This document shows positions 1-9,500 of a stretch of 41,150 nucleotides of DNA, one piece after another. Numbering within the stretch: the stretch's first letter is position 1; every line of letters starts with the position of its first letter. The stretch lies in contig JBDRVU010000002.1 of NCBI GenBank assembly GCA_039802085.1, forward strand, positions 1 to 41,150, given 5' to 3'. The notes below the pieces were generated by a model, which saw only the letters and a list, made by a program, of their open reading frames with translations, did not search any database and had not been told where the DNA came from. Made by a program: the position numbers and the translations under genes. The DNA comes from a candidate division WOR-3 bacterium (GTDB lineage Bacteria; Hydrothermota; Tepidihabitantia; Tepidihabitantales; JBDRVQ01).

Positions 1-607
1 CTCCGGCTTCAATCAGCTCCAGACAGGTTTTATAATCCCGAATACCGCCGGAGGCTTTTATTTTTGGGTAATCGCCCAGAACCTTCTTTAATAATCTTAT
101 ATCTTCAACCTTTGCCCCAGTGGTTAAAATCCCGGTGGAAGTCTTAACAAAATCGGCACCTGCCTCTTTGACAATAAGGCTTGCCTTTATCTTCTCTTCA
201 TCGGTTAGATAACCGGTCTCAATGATTATTTTTATTAAAATTGGTTTTACCGCTTTCACTATCTCTTTAATCTCCGTTTCCACATATTGATAATCACCGG
301 ATTTTAAGCGACCGATATTGATCACCATATCCAACTCTTCTGCCCCATCTGCAAGCGCCTTCTTTGCCTCAAAGATTTTCGTCTCGGTGGCACTTGCCCC
401 GAAGGGAAAGCCGATTGGACAACCAAGTTTCACCCCACTACCTTTTAATAATTCCTTTGCCAATTTCGTCCAGGAGGGGGCAACGAAGACGGTAGCAAAA
501 TTATATTCTATCGCCTCCTTGACAACCCTTCTTATATCTCCTTCGGTCGCCTCTGGTTTTAAGTAAGTATGGTCAATAAATTTGGAAAGATTCTCGACGA
601 TTCTCAC
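1..607 (-). CDS. deoC: deoxyribose-phosphate aldolase (N-terminal ~202 codons; C-terminus runs off the window start)
   Basis: Not in the ORF track because it is open at the window edge. My minus-strand translation from GTG at 607 reads VRIVENLSKFIDHTYLKPEATEGDIRRVVKEAIEYNFATVFVAPSW...ELDMVINIG...IIIETGYLTDEEKIKASLIVKEAGADFVKTSTG...IKASGGIRD. IDHT-LKPEAT, FVKTSTG (Schiff-base Lys) and KASGGIR are class I DeoC hallmarks. The GTG overlaps the cysS stop (GTGA). The track ORF 318..566(+) is antisense to it. Confidence 0.9.
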   Translation of the reverse strand, partial: MRIVENLSKFIDHTYLKPEATEGDIRRVVKEAIEYNFATVFVAPSWTKLAKELLKGSGVKLGCPIGFPFGASATETKIFEAKKALADGAEELDMVINIGRLKSGDYQYVETEIKEIVKAVKPILIKIIIETGYLTDEEKIKASLIVKEAGADFVKTSTGILTTGAKVEDIRLLKKVLGDYPKIKASGGIRDYKTCLELIEAG

Positions 608-2142
608 TTTTCTTTTATTTTCTCCAGTAAATCAATTATCTCCGAGAGGTAAGGCTTCTCTTCTCTTTTATCCAATTCTTTCTCGCGCCGGAGTTTTTCT
701 TTTAATTCTTTAATTAATTGCCAAAAGGTTTCAAAATCCACTTCGCCTCGGAAAATAGTATCCAGCCCCTCTTTTGTATCCCTTAATTCATAGCCCGCCT
801 TTTCCAAAGCGGAGCGCATCTGGTCGGCAATGTCATAGCGCTTATTTTTCCGAGCAACTTCTCTTGCTCGAATCAATAAAGCAATGTCCTCTTTTGAAAG
901 ACCCAATATGGTTTTGGACTCAACTCCTGCGCTCCCCACCCCTCTTACTTTCTTTTCCGTTCTAAAACCTAAGAGGTCAAGGGCGGAACGGACCGAAGAA
1001 TAAATACTTTCATTCTCTTCCTTAGAGATATCACCTTTCTTAAACCTCTCTTCCACCAACTTGAAAATTTCACCCAATGCCTGGGGCGTATTTATATCAT
1101 CAAGCATTGCCGAGATGAAACTCTCCGGGGGGCTAAAATTTAATCTCGGATTTCCCTTTTCGCAGAGGTGAAAGAATTCTTCTAATCTCAACCATTGCCT
1201 CTTTGCCTCTTCTAACCTATCTATTGTGAACTCATAAGGGCTTTTGTAGTGTGCCTTTAAGAGAAAAAGTCTTATCACATTGGGATGGTAGCGTTTTAAG
1301 CCTTCAGTTGCTAAAAAGTAATTCCTGGTTGATTTTGCCATCTTCTCCCCTCTTAAAAGTAAGAGGGCATTGTGGAGCCAATAGTTGACAAAAGGTTTGC
1401 CGGTTGCCCCTTCGGATTGGGCAATTTCATTTTCGTGATGGGGAAAGATTAAATCTTCACCACCGATATGAATATCAAATGTCTCACCCAGATAGTGCAT
1501 AGACATCGCAGAACATTCTAAGTGCCAACCGGGCCGCCCTTTACCAAAAGGGGTATACCAATAAGGCTCACCCTCTTTATAACCCTTCCACAGAACAAAA
1601 TCACCGGGATTTCTTTTTTTCTCCCCAACCTCCACCCTTGCCCCAGCGATTAGGTCTTCTAACTTTTTTTTGGCAAGTTTGCCGTAATTGGGAAATTTAC
1701 TAATATCAAAATAAACATCACCATTATCCCCAATATAACCCAAACCTTTGGCTAAAAGTTTTTCTACCAGTTCAATCATCTCCGGGATATGTTGGGTGGC
1801 TCGGGGATAGATATCACTTTCCTTTCGGATATTTAATAGTTCTGCCACCTTTAAAAACTCATCAATATACCTCTGGGCGATTATTCGGTAGTCTTTCTTT
1901 TCTTCTTTTGCCTTTTGGAGGATTTTATCATCAATATCAGTAAAATTCATCACAAAGATTACTTCTTTCCCCAGAAATTCTAAAAATCTCCTAAGGACAT
2001 CGGCAAAGACAAAAGTTCGGAGATGACCCAAATGGGGGGAATCTTGAACCGTCATGCCACAGGTATAAATTTTAACCCTTTTCTCTTCCATCGGCAGGAA
2101 CAGTTCCTTTTTATTGGTGAGGGTATTGGTCAATTTTAGCAT
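604..2142 (-). CDS. cysS: cysteine--tRNA ligase
   Basis: 512 aa. HIGH-type motif (SPHLGHLRTF), KMSKS-type motif (GEKMAKSTRN), Zn-ligand context YTCGMTV / WHLECS, and a DALR-2 region (MLDDINTPQAL). Carries a roughly 45-aa charged C-terminal extension. Confidence 0.95.
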   Translation of the reverse strand: MLKLTNTLTNKKELFLPMEEKRVKIYTCGMTVQDSPHLGHLRTFVFADVLRRFLEFLGKEVIFVMNFTDIDDKILQKAKEEKKDYRIIAQRYIDEFLKVAELLNIRKESDIYPRATQHIPEMIELVEKLLAKGLGYIGDNGDVYFDISKFPNYGKLAKKKLEDLIAGARVEVGEKKRNPGDFVLWKGYKEGEPYWYTPFGKGRPGWHLECSAMSMHYLGETFDIHIGGEDLIFPHHENEIAQSEGATGKPFVNYWLHNALLLLRGEKMAKSTRNYFLATEGLKRYHPNVIRLFLLKAHYKSPYEFTIDRLEEAKRQWLRLEEFFHLCEKGNPRLNFSPPESFISAMLDDINTPQALGEIFKLVEERFKKGDISKEENESIYSSVRSALDLLGFRTEKKVRGVGSAGVESKTILGLSKEDIALLIRAREVARKNKRYDIADQMRSALEKAGYELRDTKEGLDTIFRGEVDFETFWQLIKELKEKLRREKELDKREEKPYLSEIIDLLEKIKEK

Positions 2143-2149
2143 AAGTTTT

Positions 2150-2177
2150 ATTCTATTAAGAAAAAAAGAGATGTCAA
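2150..2177 (-). promoter_or_regulatory. sigma-70-type promoter of cysS: TTGACA-16-TAGAAT, ATG 7 nt after the -10
   Basis: The reverse complement reads TTGACA(2177-2172) tctctttttttcttaa TAGAAT(2155-2150) aaaactt ATG(2142). No Shine-Dalgarno is present, so a leaderless mRNA is implied. Confidence 0.6.
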
Positions 2178-2268
2178 ATAAATTTCACTATCGGGTGTCA
2201 TCGCTCGTCGCAGTGAAGTAATCTCCAATGAAAAAGGCTTGATTTTTATCTAAAGTTATCTATATTTA

Positions 2269-3057
2269 ATGATGGTTATCTCCTCGGAAGAGATTGATGT
2301 TCTTAAAAAATTAGAAAGGCAGGAAAGGGAGTTTTATCTCCAACCAGCGAGTTTATCGGTCTTGAAAAGATTAAAAGAAGGCGGAGTGCTAAAAAGAATT
2401 GTTCCGGTGCCGTTCTTACCAAAATTCTTAGGTGGCGATTGGCAAATCTGCGGGGCAGTGGGAAGGATTGAAGAAGGGAAAAAAGAAAGAATAATTACCC
2501 AAATTCCCTATATCTATGAGATGATTCACAACTGGACAATTCCCTCTACCCTTGGTCATAATTTCGCTTTCTTCTTCTATACGCAAAATTTGACAGAAAA
2601 GGTAATCAAAGGGATAGAAGGTTTTGAATTTTTTGAATTATACCAATTGGCCCAATACTCCTTTCCATTAAAACTTTCTCTTTCTCGGGAGGAAGAGATT
2701 ATTTTAAAAGAACTCCTCGAGACCCCAGATTTGATTACCACTCTCTCTTCTCTACTAAGGGAGAAACCGAAGGCGATAAAATTAGAAAACATCTTAAGGG
2801 GAGAAGATAATGAATTCGGCTTCCTCTCCTTTTTACCGGAGATTAACTGGGCAATTTTAGATAATTTCCTTCATTGCCATTTTTTACTTTTGACTTCCTC
2901 CGGCTTGGTGCAAATGGAGGTTGATTTAAATAATTTCCGGGAGATGGTAGAAAGTTATGAAAGATTAAATAAGAAAGGAGAGATAAAAGGGATAATCGTT
3001 TATAAGGAGAACGAAGTCATTAACAATTGGGCAAAAGGACTTCTCTCATTCCTTTAA
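2269..3057 (+). CDS. hypothetical protein (possible tandem winged-helix/AsnC-like modules)
   Basis: 262-aa ORF with no family I recognise. Two segments (VLKRLKEGGVLKRIVPV; EIILKELLETPDLITTL) weakly resemble Lrp/AsnC-type HTH helices. Its 3' end overlaps the convergent DJ-1 gene by 12 nt. Confidence 0.55.
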   Translation: MMVISSEEIDVLKKLERQEREFYLQPASLSVLKRLKEGGVLKRIVPVPFLPKFLGGDWQICGAVGRIEEGKKERIITQIPYIYEMIHNWTIPSTLGHNFAFFFYTQNLTEKVIKGIEGFEFFELYQLAQYSFPLKLSLSREEEIILKELLETPDLITTLSSLLREKPKAIKLENILRGEDNEFGFLSFLPEINWAILDNFLHCHFLLLTSSGLVQMEVDLNNFREMVESYERLNKKGEIKGIIVYKENEVINNWAKGLLSFL

Positions 3058-3615
3058 CATCTGCGCCAGTTCCGAAGCAAATCTTTTGGCAGCGCTCGGA
3101 CCAGAGGCGGTTAGGATATTCCCATCGCGCACCACGTCAACCGGTTGGTATTTTGCCCCTCTTTTTTTAAATTCGGCAATCAATTTCTCATCCTTCCAGA
3201 CCGTTGCCTTCTTCCCTTTCAGGACGCCAGCGCGCAGAAGAGTAAGTGGCGAAATACAAATCGCAGCAAGAATCTTCTTTTTAGAAAAGTGGCGAACTAT
3301 TTTATGAATTGTGGTGTCATCAAAGAAGACCCGAGCCCCCGAACCACCAACCACCACTAAGGCCTGAAAAGCATTGGTGTCAATATCTTTTATTCTTTTA
3401 TCTGGTTTTACCTTCATCCCTAACATCCCCGTCGCCATTAGGGTATCATAAGAGGCGATAATTATTTTATAATCCAATTTCTTTAAGGTCTCATAGGGGA
3501 TAGAGAATTCCTCATCCCGGAAATCCTTCGGGGCAATGAGAAAAAGGATTGACTTTTTGGGAATGGTTTGGGCAAAGAGATTAAAGAATACAAAAAAGGT
3601 AATCACTAACCTCAT
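3046..3615 (-). CDS. DJ-1/PfpI family protein with N-terminal signal peptide
   Basis: 189 aa. VVVGGSG and the nucleophile-elbow Cys in AAICISPL are typical of DJ-1/PfpI class I glutamine-amidotransferase-like proteins. The N-terminus MRLVITFFVFFNLFAQ looks like a cleavable signal peptide. Confidence 0.8.
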   Translation of the reverse strand: MRLVITFFVFFNLFAQTIPKKSILFLIAPKDFRDEEFSIPYETLKKLDYKIIIASYDTLMATGMLGMKVKPDKRIKDIDTNAFQALVVVGGSGARVFFDDTTIHKIVRHFSKKKILAAICISPLTLLRAGVLKGKKATVWKDEKLIAEFKKRGAKYQPVDVVRDGNILTASGPSAAKRFASELAQMLKE

Positions 3616-3676
3616 ACCTTTCTCCTTAATTCTTTAATATTATAAGATAATTATTTGCGGTCGTCAAATATTTTGC

Positions 3677-3704
3677 TTGACTTTTCTTAAATTTTTATTA
3701 TCAT
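3677..3704 (+). promoter_or_regulatory. sigma-70-type promoter of the efflux operon: TTGACT-16-TATCAT, ATG 7 nt after the -10
   Basis: TTGACT(3677-3682) tttcttaaatttttat TATCAT(3699-3704) atatttt ATG(3712). No SD, so leaderless geometry. Confidence 0.6.
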
Positions 3705-3711
3705 ATATTTT

Positions 3712-4296
3712 ATGAAACTGACCAGTCAGTCAAAAAGAGACTTAATCTTAAAGGCAGCGGAAGGAATCTTCTTAAAGAAAGGTTTCTTCCCCACCCGGGT
3801 TGAAGATATCGCCCGGGCCGCCAAAGTAGCGAAAGGAACGGTTTATCTCTACTTCCCGGATAAGGAAAGTATTTATCTATCTCTTTTTATTCAAAAGATT
3901 GACGAAGGCAACTCTTTTTTGAAAGAGATGATAAAAAAGGATATTTCTCCCAAGGAAAAGTTAAGCCAGATTTTTGACGATTGGTTGGCACTTTTTTCCC
4001 AAAGCGAAGGGCTACCTTCTTTCTTTTCGCTTGAGAACATTAATTTTACTGACAAAATTGTGAAAAGAACCAGAAAGGAGATAATCCCCCGGATAAGTAA
4101 GATGGTTAGTTTAGTGGCGGGGATTATCCAAGAAGGGATAAAAATTGGAGAGTTCCGCAAGATTAACCCAGAAATATCCGCCCTCACTTTTCTCCATTTA
4201 ATTCATGTCGGTTTGATCTATCAGGCATTTACCAAACGATTGAAGGGTAAAGAAAATTTTATTAAGGAGATATTCTTTAAGGGAGTAGAAAGATGA
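3712..4296 (+). CDS. TetR/AcrR family transcriptional regulator
   Basis: 194 aa. Canonical N-terminal TetR HTH: ILKAAEGIFLKKGFFPTRVEDIARAAKVAKGTVYLYFPDKESIY. Its stop overlaps the next start (ATGA at 4293). Confidence 0.9.
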   Translation: MKLTSQSKRDLILKAAEGIFLKKGFFPTRVEDIARAAKVAKGTVYLYFPDKESIYLSLFIQKIDEGNSFLKEMIKKDISPKEKLSQIFDDWLALFSQSEGLPSFFSLENINFTDKIVKRTRKEIIPRISKMVSLVAGIIQEGIKIGEFRKINPEISALTFLHLIHVGLIYQAFTKRLKGKENFIKEIFFKGVER

Positions 4297-5690
4297 GAAA
4301 TCAAGCCTTAAAACTTATTTTTGTATTTTGCCTTTTGTCCGCATTGGGCGGATTTGAATTATTATCGGCTGATACCCTTTTTCTCACTTTGGATAAGGCA
4401 ATTAGTCTCGCCTTACAGAATAACCGCCTCATTGCCCAAACCAAAGAAAAAATAGCCGAGGCAGCCGCCTTGAAAGGAATTGCTTTTAGTGCACTTCTCC
4501 CCCAAATAAATGCCTCAGGAACTTACTACCGAACCGACCGGTTGAATAAATTCACAATGGCAGTCCCAATTTATGACAATCTACCCTTACCGGTAATCAA
4601 CCCATTGACCGGAGAAACGATTGGCTTCACACCACCGATTCCGATAATTATCGGTGCGGACACTCTGACGATGGCACTCGGGGCACGGGATAATTATCTC
4701 CTCCGGGGCACAATTCAACAAACCCTTTTCACCTGGGGGAAACTCTGGCATGCCTACCAAATTGCTGGAATATCTCTTGATATAGAAAAGGAAGGTTTAA
4801 AAAGAACCGAAGCGGAGGTGAAGGTTTCGGTAGTAGAAGGCTTTTATCAGACATTTTTAGCCCAGAAAACTGTTGAATTACTTGAAGAATCGCAAAAACA
4901 ATTGAAAAGGCATTGGGAAAGGGTGCGCCTTCTTTATGAAAAGGGGTTAGCCAATCGGCTTGATTTTTTGCGCACCGAGGTGAAATTAGCCGAGATGGAA
5001 GTTTCTCTCTCCCGGATGAAAAATAATGCCCAACTCGCTTTGGCTTCTTTCCGCTCCACTCTTGGTTTAGAAGAAATTCCGATCGTCCTTTCCGTGACAT
5101 TGGAACCAGATGAGTGGTCAGTTGATTTGGATTCGGCAATTAAGACCGCCGGTGTGCAACGGCCCGAAATCCAACAATTGCGCTCCGCCATTGAAATTGC
5201 CCGACGTAGTAAACAAATCGCCCTGAGCTCTAATCTCCCAACTCTTTTCAGTCAATTGAACTATGATTATAAAAAACCAATTGGCTTGGAAAATAAATGG
5301 GGAACTGATTGGAATTTGACCATTGGTTTCACGATGCCAATTTTTGCCGGATTTTCCAACTTAGCGAAAATTAGACAATCCCAGGCAAGGGAAAGGCAAG
5401 CGCGCCTCTCTTTGGCATTAGTTGAGGAAGGAATTAAAATGGAAGTTCAGGCGCTGGTTAATACCTTAAATCAGGAAATGAAAAATATTGAAACCCAGAA
5501 GAAAAATCTTTTATTGGCAAAAGAAGCCCTTTCTCTGGCGGAAAAGAGTTATGAAAATGGTTTAATCACTAATTTGGAATATTTAGATTGCTCACTTACC
5601 CTTTACCAAAGTCAAATTTCTTATTGGCAATCTCTGGCTAACTATCAAATTGTTAAGGCAAAATTAAAAAAGGCAATTGGTGAATTTTAG
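4293..5690 (+). CDS. TolC-family outer membrane efflux protein
   Basis: 465 aa with a signal peptide. Two repeated halves carry TolC-type motifs (LTLDKAISLALQNN; RPEIQQLRSAIE; YENGLITNLEYLD). First structural gene of the TetR-OMP-MFP-RND operon. Confidence 0.85.
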   Translation: MRNQALKLIFVFCLLSALGGFELLSADTLFLTLDKAISLALQNNRLIAQTKEKIAEAAALKGIAFSALLPQINASGTYYRTDRLNKFTMAVPIYDNLPLPVINPLTGETIGFTPPIPIIIGADTLTMALGARDNYLLRGTIQQTLFTWGKLWHAYQIAGISLDIEKEGLKRTEAEVKVSVVEGFYQTFLAQKTVELLEESQKQLKRHWERVRLLYEKGLANRLDFLRTEVKLAEMEVSLSRMKNNAQLALASFRSTLGLEEIPIVLSVTLEPDEWSVDLDSAIKTAGVQRPEIQQLRSAIEIARRSKQIALSSNLPTLFSQLNYDYKKPIGLENKWGTDWNLTIGFTMPIFAGFSNLAKIRQSQARERQARLSLALVEEGIKMEVQALVNTLNQEMKNIETQKKNLLLAKEALSLAEKSYENGLITNLEYLDCSLTLYQSQISYWQSLANYQIVKAKLKKAIGEF

Positions 5691-5699
5691 GAGGATTTT

Positions 5700-6599
5700 A
5701 TGAAAAAAAGCAGGAAATTAATCTTTCTTCTTTTGGCAACCTTTATTCTCCAGTGCGCCAAAAAAGAAGAAAAGAAAAAAAGTGAGTTTCTCCCAACGGT
5801 TGAAGTCACAAGTGTGAAGAAGACAAAGGTAATACGAACCTTGAAACTTTTTGGTTCAATCACCGGCGAAGAACAGGTAATGGTCTTCTCCAAGATTACT
5901 GGACGAGTAACAGAGATTACTAAACCAGAAGGTTCGGTCGTCCAGGAAGGAGAGGCGATTGTGTATGTCTTAAATGATATACCAGGGATGGACTATAAGC
6001 CGGGCCCGGTCCCTTCGCCCATCTCCGGGATTGTCGGTAAGATTTATGTAGAAGTTGGGCAGATGGTCAGTCCTCAAACCCCAATCGCTAATGTTGCCAA
6101 TTATGCCCGAAGGGTAAAGGTGAAGGCACCAATTAGTGACCAAGATTTGCGGTGGGTTAAAAAAAATACCCGAGCGGAAATTTCTCTAACCGCTTATCCA
6201 GACCAGACTTTTACTGGCAAAGTGACCAATGTCTCGCCCATCTTAGACCCAATCTCCCGAACCGCCACGGTTGAAGTTACCATTCCTAATCAGGAAAAGA
6301 AACTCCTTCCCGGTATGGCTTGTGATATAAAATTAGTCTTGGAGGAAAAGGAAGATGTGCCCGCTTTGCCGATAAGTGCGGTTTTTACCGAAGGGAAACC
6401 ACGGGTTTTTGTTGTTGAAAATGAGACCGCCTATCTTCGGGAAGTGGAAATTGGTTTGATTGGGGAGGAATTAATGGAAATCGTTTCTGGCTTAAAAATT
6501 GGAGACCAGGTGATAACTATCGGAAAAGAAAGAGTGAAAGATGGTGGTCGGATAAGGGTGGTGTCCAGGACTTCGCCCCAAGGCGAGGAGGAAAGATGA
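5700..6599 (+). CDS. efflux RND periplasmic adaptor subunit (short; apparently lacks the alpha-hairpin)
   Basis: 299 aa with a lipoprotein-like N-terminus (ILQC). Lipoyl half-motifs (SKITGRVTEI...EGSVVQEGEAIVYVLND and PISGIVGKIYVEVGQMVSP) are joined by only about 10 residues. Beta-barrel/MP-domain motifs follow (LLPGMACDIKL; RVFVVENE). GGAGG SD upstream; stop overlaps the RND start. Confidence 0.85.
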   Translation: MKKSRKLIFLLLATFILQCAKKEEKKKSEFLPTVEVTSVKKTKVIRTLKLFGSITGEEQVMVFSKITGRVTEITKPEGSVVQEGEAIVYVLNDIPGMDYKPGPVPSPISGIVGKIYVEVGQMVSPQTPIANVANYARRVKVKAPISDQDLRWVKKNTRAEISLTAYPDQTFTGKVTNVSPILDPISRTATVEVTIPNQEKKLLPGMACDIKLVLEEKEDVPALPISAVFTEGKPRVFVVENETAYLREVEIGLIGEELMEIVSGLKIGDQVITIGKERVKDGGRIRVVSRTSPQGEEER

Positions 6600-9500
6600 A
6601 GATTTCGGATACCGCAATTCGCCGACCGGTCACCACCGCGATGATTGCCTTAGGCTTAATTCTCTTTGGTTTAGTTGGCATCAGCCGGATGAAGATTGAC
6701 CTAATGCCCAATGTCACCCTGCCGCAGATTGTTATTGCCACCTTATACCCCGGAGCCGGTCCTCTGGAGGTGGAATCCGAAGTAACTAATCTCTTAGAAG
6801 AAAGGCTGGGAACGGTTGCCAATTTACGCAATATCCGGTCCCGTTCTCAGGAAGGGATTTCGGTGATTTTCTTAGATTTTGAATGGGGGATAAATCTTGA
6901 TGCGGTCTCTTCTGATATTCGTGACTTACTTAATCTGGTAGAACCTTCCTTGCCGACGGAGGCCGGGAAGCCCTATGTATTAAAATTAAGTACATCCCTG
7001 ATGCCGGTAATATCGCTCTTTATCTCCGGGAATATTCCGGAGACCGAACTACGGGAGATTGCCGAGGACTGTGCCCAGGCATTACAGAGGGTGCCAGGGG
7101 TAGCGATGGTTGATGTCGCGGGAGGGGTAAAAAAGCAAGTTCAGATTGCGGTTGATTTAAGAGAATTAGCTGCTTTGGGGATAACTACTGACCAGTTTTC
7201 TCTGGCGCTCAAATCTCAGAACCTAAACTTTCCGGTTGGGTCAATCGCCAGCCGAGAGCAAAGGTATTTAATCCGATTGATTGGACAATATGATGATTTG
7301 GAAGGTATTCGTAATACGCCAATTGGTAATAAAAGCGGCGTCCCGATTTTAGTGCGGGATGTGGCAGAAGTCTCTTGGGCACCCGAAGAGAAAGAATCTG
7401 ATGTTCGGATTAATGGGAAGACCGGTCTCTTCTTAACGATTCAACGAAGGTCAGATGCGAATACGGTGAGTGTTGCCCAGGCAGTAAGGGAGGAAATGAC
7501 AAAGATAAAAACTACTCTTCCCGCGGGTGTGGAATTTGGGATATTCTGGGATACATCAGATTTTATTAAGCGGTCGGTAAATAATGTTATCCGCAATATC
7601 CTCATCGGTGGAATTTTGGCAATTATCGTCCTGTTTTTCTTTTTGGGTCACCTCCGCCCAACAATGTTTGTTGCCTTTGCCATCCCGGTCTCAATCTTCT
7701 TTGCCCTCTTCCTAATGTATCTCTTTGGTTTTACCATCAATATTCTCTCAATGGCGGGATTGGCAATTGCGGTTGGGATGGTAGTGGATAATGGCATTGT
7801 CGTCTTTGAGGCAATCTTCCGCCATCGAGAATGGGGTGAATCACCAATCGCCGCCGCCAGTATTGGGGCACAGGAAGTTTCAATGGCAATCACCGCCTCT
7901 ACCCTAACAACGATTGCGGTCTTTGCACCGATGCTTCTGCTCCGGGGAATAATCCAAGTATTTTTTAAGGAACTCTCCTGGGCAATCATCTTCTCTTTAC
8001 TCGCCTCCTTGGGTGTAGCACTCACTTTAATCCCCATGCTCACCAGCCGGTTTTTAAAACTCCAACCCTTGCCTTCCTCCCCAGGCGATGCTGGGAAAAG
8101 AAAACCACAATTGGATTTCTTTAGGCAAATAACTAATTTTTATCGGAAGACACTTGATTGGGCGATAAATCATCGGCGCCTGGTCATTATTCTTATCTTA
8201 ATTCTCTTTATTATCAGTTTGGCATTAATCCCCATCATTGGCACCGAGTTTGTGCCGGAACAGAAAAGAAGGTATACGGAAATCATTGCCGAGATGCCAG
8301 TTGGCTCTAATTTAGCGGTAACTAATCAAGCAGTCCAAGAATTGGAAAGATACATAACCGAGAAATGGCAGAATGAATTAGAAGGGGTAACGGTCCAGGT
8401 TGGTGGTGGGGCAAATATTTATGCTGCGGTTTTTGGTGGTGGCAAGGTCAATTCCGCCGAGATTGGTTTAATCTTAAAAGAAAATGCCCGAAGAAAGATT
8501 GGTGATATGGAAAAAGATATTCAGGAGAAGGCAAAAGAAATTCCCGGATTAGTTCTCTATTCTAGTGCTGCCCGGGGGTTCGGAACCTTCTTTGGTGGTG
8601 CCCCGATTCAGATTGATATTATTGGTGAAGACCTCCGCATTGCCGACTCCCTTACCCAATTAATAATTGGAACAATTGAAACAATCCCGGGGGTAGCAGA
8701 GATTAAATCAAGTAGAGAGCGCGGCGATTTAGAAATCCAACTAATTGTTGACCGCCAGAAGTCTGCTTTTTACGGTCTTTCTCCCTATCAGATTGGTAGT
8801 GCCTTACGCACCCAGATTGCCGGCCAGGCGATTACCAAATACCGATTGGCAGGAAAGGAATATGATATAATCATCCGACTGACAAAAGAACAGAGGGAAG
8901 GTGTCTCCGAAATTTTAGGAATGACAATCAATAGTCCTTTTGGCGCTATTCCCTTACGAAATTTAGTGCGAATCATTACCGGAACCGGTCCTTTGGCAAT
9001 TGAACATAAAAATAGTGAAAGAATAGTGAGCATTACCGCTAATGCCGTTGGTCAATCCGCGGGTCGGTTAGCGGAAAAGGTGGGCAAGGCAATTTCCCCA
9101 ATTATTCCACCACCGGGCTTTACCATTAAACTATCTGGTTCCTATGAAGAAATGGTTAAATCTTTCCGCGATTTAAGTTTTGCGATTATTCTCGCGATTG
9201 TCCTTGTCTTTATGGTTATGGCGGGACAATTTGAATCCTTCCGCGACCCATTCATCATCCTCTTCACAATTCCCCTAGCCGCGATTGGTGTTCTCTGGAT
9301 GCTATTTATCACGGGCACAACCCTCTCTTTAATCTCCGGGGTTGGAATGCTTGTTTTGGTTGGGGTGGTGGTCAATAATGGAATTGTTTATATTGACTAT
9401 GTCAATCAACTCCGGCGAAAGAAAAGTATGTCTCTGGAAGAGGCGGTAAAATATGGTGGGGAGATTCGGTTGCGGCCAATTCTTATGACCGCCTTAACCA

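Noticed and set aside
318-566. An 82-aa ORF on the + strand.
   Set aside because: It is antisense to the clearly recognisable deoC reading frame, with a low-complexity translation and no SD.
7648-8043. ORFs antisense to or inside well-supported genes. Examples: 774..965, 2577..2792, 3086..3360, 3891..4187, 4729..5191, 6517..6831, 7648..8043, 8788..9375, 10117..10389, 11617..13035, 16432..17528, 19019..20404, 22191..24523, 26466..26771, 27773..28238, 28805..29068, 30288..30496, 35957..36203, 36745..36927, 37741..38412, 38828..39196, 40340..40639.
   Set aside because: Each lies wholly within a longer ORF on the other strand or frame that has strong family motifs. None has a recognisable motif or an SD-plus-start context.
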